Source: Candidatus Fermentibacteraceae bacterium (GTDB taxonomy: Bacteria; Fermentibacterota; Fermentibacteria; Fermentibacterales; JCC-6). From it: a DNA stretch of 64,000 bases. The position numbers were made by a program, and so were the translations under genes. This document shows, in pieces, positions 46,857 through 56,284 of this stretch. The DNA lies in assembly GCA_041750285.1 (NCBI GenBank), contig JBGSZS010000002.1, positions 32,001-96,000 of the forward strand. The letters are read 5' to 3'. The notes below the pieces were generated by a model, which was not told the DNA's origin, searched no databases, and saw nothing but the letters and a program-made list of their open reading frames with translations. The stretch's first letter is position 1. The number at the start of each line of letters is the position of its first letter.

Positions 46857-49229
46857 CTACCTGATGACCATCAGACCGGTGGTGGCGGTGAAGTCACCGG
46901 CGGTGATCCTGACCCTGTAGGCCCCGTTGGGAACCGGCGAGCCGGAGGGGCCGGCAAGGTCCCACGTGAGTGTGTGGGCGCCGGCGGGAAGCTCGCCCTG
47001 GTTGACGGTCGTTACCAGGCGTCCGCTGATGTCGTAGACCTGCATGCTCATGACAGCGGCTCCGGCCAGATCGACCGGGATCGAGACGATGGATGCAGCC
47101 GGGCTGGGATAGGGCATTCCCACGCTGTTCTCGAACCCGGAGAGACCCTCGGCCGAGTGCTCGATCTCGGTGCCCGATACGGTGGCCGTTCCGAGGTAGG
47201 TCAGGTGGTTCTGCTTCCAGGCCGTGACGTACATGGTTCCAGTCGAGCCGGGGGTGGGGGTGAAGGTGGCCTGTCCCGATGCGTTGGTGGTGGCGACGAG
47301 GTAGACGTCGGCGGTCTCGAAGCTGGTGCCCTTGTAGAGTGTCACCCTTGCTCCGCTGACCGGAGAGCCTCCCGCAGTCACCGTAACGGTGAAGCTCCCG
47401 CCGGTGAACGTGGAGGGGTGGGAGCCGCTGAGCTGGGTCGGGGATGCTGACCACAGCGGAAGTTCGGGGCAGCCGAAAAGGTTGTACTCCATGATGCACC
47501 AGTGACGGTAGGCATTCGATGGGGGACAGATGCTGTATCGGCCCATGAAGTGCATGGCGCCCAGTGTGCTCTGACCGCTGATGAAGTGGCTGTAGTAGAT
47601 CTTCTGGCAGAGTATTTCGCTGTCGCCGTTCCCGGGGCTGCTGGGGTTCCCCCAGCCGTACCTGGCACATGCGCCTCCGAAACCCCCGCCGTTGACGTTC
47701 GATGTCCATGCGTCGAGCATGCACTCGGTTCCGTCGAGGTGGCCGATGAGGCAGCTTATGCTGTTCCAGATCGCTGGAAGGCCGCCGGAAGAGATGTTCG
47801 TAAGGGCCAGAATGTTGCTGTTTGTGAAGCTGCCGCCGGGAACGCCGAACGACTGCTCGCTTCCGTGGGCGGCCACGTAGACATGGTGGGGGCCGGCGTT
47901 GAACATGGAGTTGGTTGCAGCCCAGTTGTTGGTTCCATTGGATTCGTAGCGCTTGTCCTGGCTCCAGTTTGCCGGGATGTAGCCCGATATGATCTACGCG
48001 CCCGCGCTGCCGTAGCACCCCGGCCATAGCATAGACGTGCTGTAGCCAATGCGCAGCTCACGTACCGCTGTTGTGGGCTCGTCGGAAAGCGAGACCTGCT
48101 CGTAGGCGAGGACCTTGTTCACGAAGGTGTTGGCCTCGGCTGCAGTGTTTACGCTGGCGCGGCCAGTGAAGATGGCGGGAGTGTAGCTCATCTGGTCTAT
48201 GTTGTACTCGCCCCACACATTGTTGTTGTTGGAGTCCCACCGGTCGGCTGCCGGCGCGGTGTCGTTCAGATCGGACCAGTAGTAGTCGACAGGGGGATAC
48301 TCGTTGTAGCCGCCGGCGCTGATCTTGACATCGCGCCCCGCGACCTTGTCGTCGTCGCCGAAGATGAGGGCGAACTCCACGCCATTGTCACTGGCTTCGT
48401 GGAGAAACATCCTGATCTCATGCTGAAGGTCGTCACCGGTGTACTGGGCCTGGATCTCGGTGGTGGTTATCACTGTGGCGGGGATGCCCTTGCGGGTCTT
48501 CCAGTTTGCAAGCGTGTTGGCCTGGGCGACGTAGTCGGGGTGGGTGATGATGACGTACTCGCCGAAGGTGAGGTCACGGCTCTCCACTATGGCAGCACCG
48601 CTTGACAGGACGTCTTCGGGGTTCACCACGGCGTTCCTGACGACATCGGAGGTCCGGGCTTCGCTCTGGGCGCTGCGAACCTGAACCGTCCTCATGGAGG
48701 GGTCGGCAACATACTCGACGTGAAGAGTCACGCTTTCGAGCACTTCGATGGTTCCATCGGCCGGGTTCCAGCGAACCGGGTATACCGACACTCTGGCGAC
48801 AGGAAATCCCAGAAGGACGCTGGAGTTCTCAAACCTGGCGATGGCGCCCGGGAAGGTCTCGGTGGAGTTGTAGATGCCTGGGTCGGGGCGTGGCATCGGG
48901 ATGGTGGCGCCTTCCATGAGGCTCAGGGGAACCTGTTCGACGGCCGGAAGGATGTTGTACCTGCCCCTCAAAGGAGCGTAGGAGGCTTCGACGACCGAGA
49001 CTGAAACCGCACGGCTCTCAGGGGGAAGCGCAACATGCACAGGCAGCACCGGGAGGGCCGGGGCTCCGATCGCTGAGAGCGGGTAGGTGGAAGGGGAGGA
49101 AACAGTCGTGTATCCCGCGAGATCAGTCATGGAAACCGAAGAACCATCGAACGGGACGGTTACGGTGAGTTCCCCGGCGAATGCCGTAGCCGAGGCGAGA
49201 ATGACCAGCATAACGATCTTCACAGCCAT
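46857..49229 (-). CDS. C25 (gingipain-family) cysteine peptidase with propeptide and T9SS/FlgD-Ig C-terminal domain; in-frame TAG at 47994-47996
   Basis: Propeptide (GAPALP), YVIIT…LANWKTRKG, LIFGD, GRAS; same frame past the TAG gives AAHG (His), SISC (Cys), YNLFGCP, VYDISGRLV. Confidence 0.82.
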
Positions 49230-49316
49230 GAAGGCCTCCGTTTCATTTCAGGGTTCTGGAAACTGGTGTTTTTTTATAACTCTGCCATGATGGAAAAGCA
49301 ATTGCTCCCATTTGGA

Positions 49317-49925
49317 TTACCGCAGTGACGGCGTTTCCGTTAGGAGTTCGACTGCGGCGTTCCTGACCGGGAGCGAATCCCATGATGCGACGCGGGTCGA
49401 CCAGACAACTGTCTGCCCCCGGGTGAAAAGGTTCAGTGATGAGTCTCCCGCCGCGACGAACCAGGAAAAACCGAGGAAGTCGTCCGCCATGGCTGCCTGC
49501 TCGGCCATGGGAATGGCTCCGAGGTTTACGGGGTCGCCCCCGAAGGTGAAGCCTTCGTCCTCGAGGGGAAGAAGGAGCTTCTGGAAGTACTGGGCGAGCG
49601 CCCAGCCGTTCTCCCCGGGAAAAACTGAAACGCCGATCGAGACGGATGATTCCACCGGTCCGGCTTGAAGCTGCGTCCAGTCTATCCCGGTGCTGTCGAC
49701 GGTTTCCAAGGCTTCGGGCGTCACGGCCAGGGTTTCCCCATTGTCCCTGACGACGTCCCAGATAAGCAGACCCGCCACCATTGCAGCGGCTCCGAGGGCA
49801 AGCCAGCCCTCGATGCTTTCGTCCGCCGAGTCAGAGGATGAACCGCTGCCCGATCCCGAGGGAAAGGCGCCTGCGGTGGTGGACACCAGGAACACCACCG
49901 CGAGGAGGATTGCGCCCTGCTTCAC
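49317..49925 (-). CDS. Hypothetical exported/membrane protein
   Basis: Signal peptide plus one TM segment; start overlaps the EF-G stop. Confidence 0.6.
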   Translation of the reverse strand: MKQGAILLAVVFLVSTTAGAFPSGSGSGSSSDSADESIEGWLALGAAAMVAGLLIWDVVRDNGETLAVTPEALETVDSTGIDWTQLQAGPVESSVSIGVSVFPGENGWALAQYFQKLLLPLEDEGFTFGGDPVNLGAIPMAEQAAMADDFLGFSWFVAAGDSSLNLFTRGQTVVWSTRVASWDSLPVRNAAVELLTETPSLR

Positions 49926-51970
49926 TGCTCGTCCGACTTGTATTCGGCCTGGATGCGATCCTGCACCTCTCTCGGAACAGGGTCGTAGTGGCTGAACTCC
50001 TGTGTGAAGCTGCCCCTGGCCTGCGTGAGGGAACGCAGTGAACTCGTGTACTGGTAAAGCTCGGCCTCGGGGACCAGGGCCTTGATGATCTGGAAAGCGC
50101 CCTGCCCCTCCATGCCCTGTATCTTTCCACGCCGGGAGTTGAGGTCACCCATGACGTCACCCATGAACTCTTCGGGCACCGTGACCTCGAGGGCCATGAT
50201 CGGCTCGAGAAGGGTGGGTCCCGCCTGCATCATGACCTCCTGGAAGCACTTGCTTGAGGCGAGCTTGAACGCCATGTCCGATGAATCAACCGAGTGCGAG
50301 CTTCCATCGAAGACCACGGCCTTCACATCCACCACGCGGCTGCCGGATACCGGACCCTTGTGGAGGGTTTCGAGCACGCCCTTTTCCACCGCGGGTATGA
50401 ACTTGGTGGGAACGGTCCCGCCGACAACCTCGCTGGTGAACTGGAAACCGGTTCCCCTGGGAAGCGGATCGAGCCTGAGGTAGACATGGCCGTACTGACC
50501 CCTGCCGCCGGACTGCTTCTTGTGCTTGTAGCTTCCCTGTGCGCTTTTCGAGATGGTCTCGTGGTAGGCGATCCGGGGCTTGAAGATCTCGGCGTCGACA
50601 CCGGTGAGGTCTTTCAGGCGGTTGAGCATCGTGTTGAGATGAAGCTCGCCCATGCCGCTGACCGTGGTCTGGTTGATGTCGGGCTCCATGCGGGAGATGA
50701 ATGTCAGGTCCATGCTGGCGAGCTTGTTGAGCCCAACGCCCATCTTGTCCTCCTCACCGCGTTTTTTCGGGGCGATGGCAGCCCTGTAGACGGGGTTGGG
50801 GAAGACGATGGGGGTCAGTGTGATCCCGGCGGACTTGTCGGCGAGGGTGTCGTTGGTGGAGGTGTTCTTGAGCTTCGCAACGGCGATAATGTCGCCGCAG
50901 ACCATGGAGGAGGCGTCCACCCGGTTCGGGCCGTGCATGTGGTAGTAGTTTCCAAGCCTTTCGCCCGAGTTCTTCTCCATGTTGTGCACTTCCTTCGAAC
51001 CCTCAAGGGCGCCGCTCACCACCCTGATGTAGACCATTTCGCCGACATGTCTGTCCAGCTTGGTGCTGAAAGCCCTTGCGACGAACGGTCCCCTCGGGTT
51101 GGCCTGCAGAATGTCGCCGCCCTGAACCCTGGCGCCCCTGAATTCGAGGGCCGAAGGAATGCACTGCAGGATGCCGTCGAGCAGGGCTTCCTGGCCTGCG
51201 GCGGGAATCGCCACGCCGGCGAACAGCGGGAAGAGCCCCCTGCTGCTCACGGCCCCCCGGATTCCCCGGGCCAGTTCCTCCGGCGTGAGGCTGTCGTTGG
51301 CGAAGTACTGCTCCATGAGTTCTTCGTCGGCCTCGGCCGCCTGTTCCGTCAGCTCCGCCATGTATTCCTCGATCTTCTCGGCGGAACTGGCGGGAAGGGG
51401 AATCTCCTTTCCGGAGAGGTCGTAGGCCTTGCCCGTGAGAAGGTGCACCAGTCCCTTGCAGCCGTCGCTCTCCATGATGGGAAAGACGAAGGGGATGACC
51501 GCCTTGGAAAGCATTTCCCGGGCCTGGAGCAGGGCGCGTTCGAAGTCGGCGTTGTCGCGGTCCACACGGTTCACGAACAGCATGCAGGGAGTGTTCATCT
51601 CTTCCGCATACTTCCAGGTCTTGTACGAACCGACCTCGACGGCATCGGTGCAGTCAAGCACGATGAGGGCGCCGTCCGAGGCGCTTATCGCCGCAATGGT
51701 GTCGCCGTGGAAGTCTGCCAGCCCGGGAGTGTCGATGAGATTGATCTTGGTGTCGTTCCACTCGCAGATGCCAACGGTGGAAGTGAGACTGTGCTTTTTC
51801 TCGCGGCTTTCGGTCGTGTAGTCGAACAGGCTTGTACCGTCGTCCACGCTGCCCTGTCTTTCCGCTCCTCCCGAGCGAAAGACCAGCGAATCGCAAAGGC
51901 TTGTCTTGCCGACCGATCCGTGGCCGCAAACGGCTATCGTGCGAAGTTTGTCGGGGGTGTAGGTTTTCAT
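49922..51970 (-). CDS. fusA: Elongation factor G paralogue (EF-G II type)
   Basis: GHGSVGKT, DTPG, NRVD, GMGELHL, KKQSGGRGQYG, LLEPI; divergent G1 motif and not in an str operon. Confidence 0.9.
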   Translation of the reverse strand: MKTYTPDKLRTIAVCGHGSVGKTSLCDSLVFRSGGAERQGSVDDGTSLFDYTTESREKKHSLTSTVGICEWNDTKINLIDTPGLADFHGDTIAAISASDGALIVLDCTDAVEVGSYKTWKYAEEMNTPCMLFVNRVDRDNADFERALLQAREMLSKAVIPFVFPIMESDGCKGLVHLLTGKAYDLSGKEIPLPASSAEKIEEYMAELTEQAAEADEELMEQYFANDSLTPEELARGIRGAVSSRGLFPLFAGVAIPAAGQEALLDGILQCIPSALEFRGARVQGGDILQANPRGPFVARAFSTKLDRHVGEMVYIRVVSGALEGSKEVHNMEKNSGERLGNYYHMHGPNRVDASSMVCGDIIAVAKLKNTSTNDTLADKSAGITLTPIVFPNPVYRAAIAPKKRGEEDKMGVGLNKLASMDLTFISRMEPDINQTTVSGMGELHLNTMLNRLKDLTGVDAEIFKPRIAYHETISKSAQGSYKHKKQSGGRGQYGHVYLRLDPLPRGTGFQFTSEVVGGTVPTKFIPAVEKGVLETLHKGPVSGSRVVDVKAVVFDGSSHSVDSSDMAFKLASSKCFQEVMMQAGPTLLEPIMALEVTVPEEFMGDVMGDLNSRRGKIQGMEGQGAFQIIKALVPEAELYQYTSSLRSLTQARGSFTQEFSHYDPVPREVQDRIQAEYKSDEQ

Positions 51971-52110
51971 TGGGCACTCCTGGGTTTTAGCTTGGATATC
52001 TATAAGTAAAATATAATTACCGCTTTTGTAACGGGAACACAATATTACCGCTTCAACGGGATGCCTGTCAACGCCATTCCGATCCATCGTCACGGGCAAC
52101 CACGGAGAGA

Positions 52111-52410
52111 GTGATGAGCGGACTTCTCGAGACCCTTCCAGTAGCCGGCGCTGTTGCGGCGGGAGCCTTCGTGCTGCTCCGCGCGTTCCGGGAGCTGTTT
52201 GGGGGAACCAGCCGGCAGGACGCCTACAGGCGCATGAACCAGGAGTACGAAAAAAAGAGGATCACCGGCAGGAATACCCCCAAATGCCCCCTTTGCGGCG
52301 GCTTCACTGAAAAGGTGCCTTACAGGTTCATAAGCGTCTGGCGGTGTATCCGCTACCCCGAATGCAGGGGATTCGTAAGGGCGAAGAGGGGCAAACCCCG
52401 CTTCAGGTAG
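52111..52410 (+). CDS. Small membrane-anchored protein with topoisomerase-type C4 zinc ribbon
   Basis: N-terminal TM, CPLCGG…WRCIRYPECRG. Confidence 0.65.
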   Translation: MMSGLLETLPVAGAVAAGAFVLLRAFRELFGGTSRQDAYRRMNQEYEKKRITGRNTPKCPLCGGFTEKVPYRFISVWRCIRYPECRGFVRAKRGKPRFR

Positions 52411-52499
52411 GCAAACGGTCTGGTGTTGCTGTTGCTTTCACCAGTTCGAACCGGGGTTCCTGCTCGTCGGGAACAGAAACGGAAATCGGAGCAGCTCAA

Positions 52500-54575
52500 G
52501 TGCAACAGGATGGCAGAATAACTTCCCACCCCATATTGCCCTCTCCGGAAGGGAAATGGGTTCGATTCCTCCTCAACGGCAGAGAATGCATCGGGCGTGA
52601 GGGGGAAATGGTTTCATCGGCGGTGTTCGCCACAGGTCAGAGGGTTTTCGGCCACCATCCCAAAGATGGCTCCCCGCAGGGGCTTTTCTGTGCAAACGGT
52701 CAGTGTTCCCAGTGTACCCTGGTGATTGACGGCGTCGCAAGGAAAAGCTGCATTACGCCCCTCGTGGAAGGGATGCGGGTGTGCACGCTCGAAGGTCTTC
52801 CCGAACTCGGAATGGCTTCCCGTGAGATCGTGAAGCCGCCGGTTTCGATCGAAACCGATGTTCTGGTGATAGGCGCCGGTCCGGCAGGGATGGCAGCTGC
52901 CGACGAGATGGGCAGCGCCGGTCTCGGTGTCATCCTTGTCGATGACAAGGACAGGCCCGGCGGCAAGCTCGTTCTTCAGACGCACAAGTTCTTTGGTTCA
53001 GTTGCGGACTGCCACGCGGGAACAAGGGGCGTGCGGATAGCGGAAATGCTTTCAGGGAGCCTGGCCGCCCACCCATCGGTCAAGGTCTGGCTTTCCTCGA
53101 CGGTTCTCGCGGTGTTCAGCGACGGGGTCGTGGGGATCCAGCGGCCGGAGGGCTATGCCATGGTCAGGCCCAGGCGTCTGCTCGTGGCTGCCGGCGCCCG
53201 CGAGAAGTCCCTTCCGTTTCCGGGGTGCACACTCCCGGGAGTTTACGGCGCCGGAGCCTTCCAGACCCTTGTGAACCGTGACCTGATAAGATGCAGTTCC
53301 CGGATCTTCATCCTTGGCGGGGGCAACGTCGGGCTCATAGGGGCCTACCACGCCCTGCAGGCTGGGATGACCGTCGTGGGGATAGCCGAGGGGGCTGCCC
53401 GCTGCGGCGGCTACAAGGTCCACGCGGACAAGATCAGAAGGATGGGAGTGCCGATATACACGGGACACTCGGTGATCTCCGCCCATGGCGGCGAAAAGCT
53501 TGAAGCCGTTACCCTCTGCGCCGTTGACCCGGCTTTCCGCAGCATTCCCGGCACTGAGAAGAGCTTTGCCGTCGACACTCTCCTCGTGGCCGTGGGGCTC
53601 AATCCAGTGAACGAGTTCCACACCAGGGCCGTGGAGTTCGGCATGGATTCCAGACTTGCCGGAGACGCCGAAGAGATAGCGGAAGCGAGCGCGGCGATGT
53701 TCGGCGGAAGGATAAGGGGCAGGGAGATCGCCTGCGAGCTTGCCCCGTCAACCGCTGCCTGTCCCGTGGACTGGTCCGGGAAGGCCATGATCCTCAAGAG
53801 CCCCGGGGGCGAAGTTCTGCCGTATTCCCCTCCCGGCCTTCAAACCGGTGTGTTCCCCGTGCTCCACTGCACTCAGGAGATACCCTGCAATCCGTGCATG
53901 ACATCCTGTCCGAAAGACCTCATAGGCACCTCCGGCCACCCCATACTCGGAGTTCCGGAGTACTCCGGCGGATGCATCGGCTGCAGGAAATGCGTTGCTG
54001 TATGTCCGGGGCTGGCGGTCACCCTGGCGGACTTCCGTCGTGACCCCCTGAATCCCACGGTGACGCTTCCCTGGGAGTTCTCCGACGACCTCCTGAAATC
54101 CGGCGAAACAGTGGAAGTCATGGACTGGGAGGGGGAATCGCTGGGCGGGGGCAGGGTTCTGGGAATCAAACCTGCGCCCGGCTATCCCGGGACCCGGCTG
54201 CTCGACCTCATCGTCGATTCCGCCATCGCTGACCGGGTGGCGGGTGTCAGGGTTCAGAAGGCCACGGTCACGCTTCCACTGGACAAGCCCCTCGCGACCA
54301 TTCCCGCAGACGATGCCGTGGTGTGCCGGTGCGAAAGGGTCACCGCCGGCGAGATCAGGGCACTTCTCCGAAACGGCGTGCGCGACATGAACCAGCTGAA
54401 GGCGCTCACAAGGGCGGGTTTCGGCGCCTGCGGGGGAAAGACCTGCAGAACCCTCATTGAATCGGTGATCCGATCCGAGGGCATCCCGCCGGATGAGGTC
54501 ACGGGCTTCACCGAAAGACCGCTGTTCGCCGAGGTGGAACTGGGCCATTTCGCCGGCCCGGGGGAGGATGCGTAA
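52500..54575 (+). CDS. Fused [2Fe-2S]/FAD/[4Fe-4S]/BFD oxidoreductase (sarcosine oxidase or proline dehydrogenase alpha-like)
   Basis: FCANGQCSQC, IGAGPAG, GGGNVG, CNPC…CIGCRKC, VCRCERV…GACGGKTC. Confidence 0.85.
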   Translation: MQQDGRITSHPILPSPEGKWVRFLLNGRECIGREGEMVSSAVFATGQRVFGHHPKDGSPQGLFCANGQCSQCTLVIDGVARKSCITPLVEGMRVCTLEGLPELGMASREIVKPPVSIETDVLVIGAGPAGMAAADEMGSAGLGVILVDDKDRPGGKLVLQTHKFFGSVADCHAGTRGVRIAEMLSGSLAAHPSVKVWLSSTVLAVFSDGVVGIQRPEGYAMVRPRRLLVAAGAREKSLPFPGCTLPGVYGAGAFQTLVNRDLIRCSSRIFILGGGNVGLIGAYHALQAGMTVVGIAEGAARCGGYKVHADKIRRMGVPIYTGHSVISAHGGEKLEAVTLCAVDPAFRSIPGTEKSFAVDTLLVAVGLNPVNEFHTRAVEFGMDSRLAGDAEEIAEASAAMFGGRIRGREIACELAPSTAACPVDWSGKAMILKSPGGEVLPYSPPGLQTGVFPVLHCTQEIPCNPCMTSCPKDLIGTSGHPILGVPEYSGGCIGCRKCVAVCPGLAVTLADFRRDPLNPTVTLPWEFSDDLLKSGETVEVMDWEGESLGGGRVLGIKPAPGYPGTRLLDLIVDSAIADRVAGVRVQKATVTLPLDKPLATIPADDAVVCRCERVTAGEIRALLRNGVRDMNQLKALTRAGFGACGGKTCRTLIESVIRSEGIPPDEVTGFTERPLFAEVELGHFAGPGEDA

Positions 54576-54576
54576 T

Positions 54577-55719
54577 ATGAATGCCGATGTGATCGTTATC
54601 GGAGCTGGAAGTGTTGGCACCCCCCTGGCTATGTACCTTTCCGAGGCAGGTGTTCGAACCCTCGTCATCGATGCCGGAGCATCCGCCGGACAGGGCAACA
54701 ACAAATGTGCCATCGGGGGTATCCGGGCCACCCATGGCGACCCTGCGAAAGTTGCGCTGTGCCTCGACTCTCTGGCCGTGTTCCGCACCTGGCAGGAAGA
54801 ACACGGAGAGTCGATCGGCTGGCATCAGGGCGGTTACTCCTTCGTGGCCTACACGCGTGAGATCGCCGATTCGCTTCGGGGAATGATCCCCTCTCAAAGG
54901 CAGGCGGGGCTCGACATCGACTGGCACGACCCCGGTTTCATCCGCGAACTCGTTCCAGGGATCAACCCCGATGGGCTTCTGGGCGGAACCTTCTCCCCCG
55001 GCGACGGCAGCGCCAGCCCCATGAAAAGCTGCTACGCCTTCCACTCGAGGGCGGCGGCGCTGGGCGCCCGCTTCCTGTTCAGGGAGCGCGTGACCGGAAT
55101 CGAAGGAAGCGCGGGTGTATACACGGTCAGAACCAATCTCGGCTCGCACCGGTCCGGGGTACTGGTGAACTGCGCCGGTTCCAGCGCACGGGAAATCGGG
55201 CGCATGGTCGGCATTGACCTTCCGGTCGTACCCGACAGCCATGAAGCCGGAATAACCGAACCGGTCAGAAGATTCTTCCACCCCATGGTGGTTGACCTCA
55301 GGCGTGTGCCGGGTTCGTCCAACTACTACTTCTACCAGTACGACTCAGGCCAGGTGGTTTTCTGCGTGTCGCCCGACCCCTTGATCACCGGCACCGATCA
55401 CAGGGAAACCTCGGTCTTCCTGCCACAGGTAGCCTCGAGAATGGTCAACCTGTGGCCCGCTCTGGCCAACCTGAAGGTCCGCCGGACATGGCGGGGGTGC
55501 TACCCCCAGACACCGGACGGGTCTCCCATCATTGGTCAGGCGGGGCCCGAGGGAAGCTACGTGGCTGTGGGTATGTGCGGACAGGGCTTCATGCTGGGTC
55601 CCGGGGCCGGTTCGGCCCTGGCACGGTTGATCACCGGACAGCCCACCCCGACGGATCTCATGGTGATGGAGTCGATGAGGGCGGACAGGGAGTTCGTCAG
55701 CACCGAGGCTCTGAAGTAG
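54577..55719 (+). CDS. FAD-dependent oxidoreductase (DAO / sarcosine oxidase beta-like)
   Basis: IGAGSVG, GGIRA, RTWRG.Y…PDGSPIIG, GQGFMLGP. Confidence 0.88.
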   Translation: MNADVIVIGAGSVGTPLAMYLSEAGVRTLVIDAGASAGQGNNKCAIGGIRATHGDPAKVALCLDSLAVFRTWQEEHGESIGWHQGGYSFVAYTREIADSLRGMIPSQRQAGLDIDWHDPGFIRELVPGINPDGLLGGTFSPGDGSASPMKSCYAFHSRAAALGARFLFRERVTGIEGSAGVYTVRTNLGSHRSGVLVNCAGSSAREIGRMVGIDLPVVPDSHEAGITEPVRRFFHPMVVDLRRVPGSSNYYFYQYDSGQVVFCVSPDPLITGTDHRETSVFLPQVASRMVNLWPALANLKVRRTWRGCYPQTPDGSPIIGQAGPEGSYVAVGMCGQGFMLGPGAGSALARLITGQPTPTDLMVMESMRADREFVSTEALK

Positions 55720-55720
55720 C

Positions 55721-56134
55721 TCAGAGGGAGATCAGCACACCGGCCGCAAGAGCCATTGCTATTCCCGCGTAGTTCAGTGCGGAGAGCCGTTCCTTCAGGA
55801 ACAGGACCCCGAAGGCAACCGCGAATATCGGGTAAAGGGCGCTGATGGCCGTTGTGGTGCTTACGGGACCCTCCGACAGGGCCTTCTGGAAGAACACCAC
55901 CGCAAGGCCGCCCAGAATGCCGGCAAACACGGCAATCGCAACTCCGGTTGTGTCCATTCCCCTGAGGCTCTTCCCCAGGCTCGTGAATATTACCACGGTC
56001 GTGGTTACCGATGCTATGGTGTACACCATTACCGATGGCCAGTGCCCGATCCGCTGGGCCGACAGTTTTATGAGAATGGCCCATACCCCCCACATGCTGG
56101 TGGCGGCAAGGCTGTAGAGAATGTGCTTCTGCAA
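55721..56134 (-). CDS. Single-domain EamA family transporter
   Basis: 5 TM segments, LFLKERLS; AGGAGGT RBS before TTG. Confidence 0.8.
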   Translation of the reverse strand: MQKHILYSLAATSMWGVWAILIKLSAQRIGHWPSVMVYTIASVTTTVVIFTSLGKSLRGMDTTGVAIAVFAGILGGLAVVFFQKALSEGPVSTTTAISALYPIFAVAFGVLFLKERLSALNYAGIAMALAAGVLISL

Positions 56135-56284
56135 CGCAATACCTCCTGAACCCCCGATCATCGCTCCAAGGCCACGGTTGCGCAAGGAGCGCCGCTTCGG
56201 AACACCGGCTTTCTGCCGGGGATACTGAAGGCTATAATCCTTTCTTCGCAACAGTTCATGAAACTCTCCCGGGAGGCTTGAAAA

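Noticed and set aside
47940..47993. PYLIS/SECIS-like hairpin after the C25 amber codon
   Set aside because: Only 4-bp stems are visible (CGGG/CCCG, CTGG/CCAG), expected by chance at this GC content
46894..48027. 377-aa alternative-frame ORF as a frameshift continuation of the C25 gene
   Set aside because: Arg/His-rich low-information translation; the real continuation is in the original frame past the TAG
50294..52009. 571-aa plus-strand ORF and similar long antisense ORFs (e.g. 21117..22493, 19587..20735)
   Set aside because: Shadow frames opposite well-conserved genes in GC-rich DNA, with no motifs
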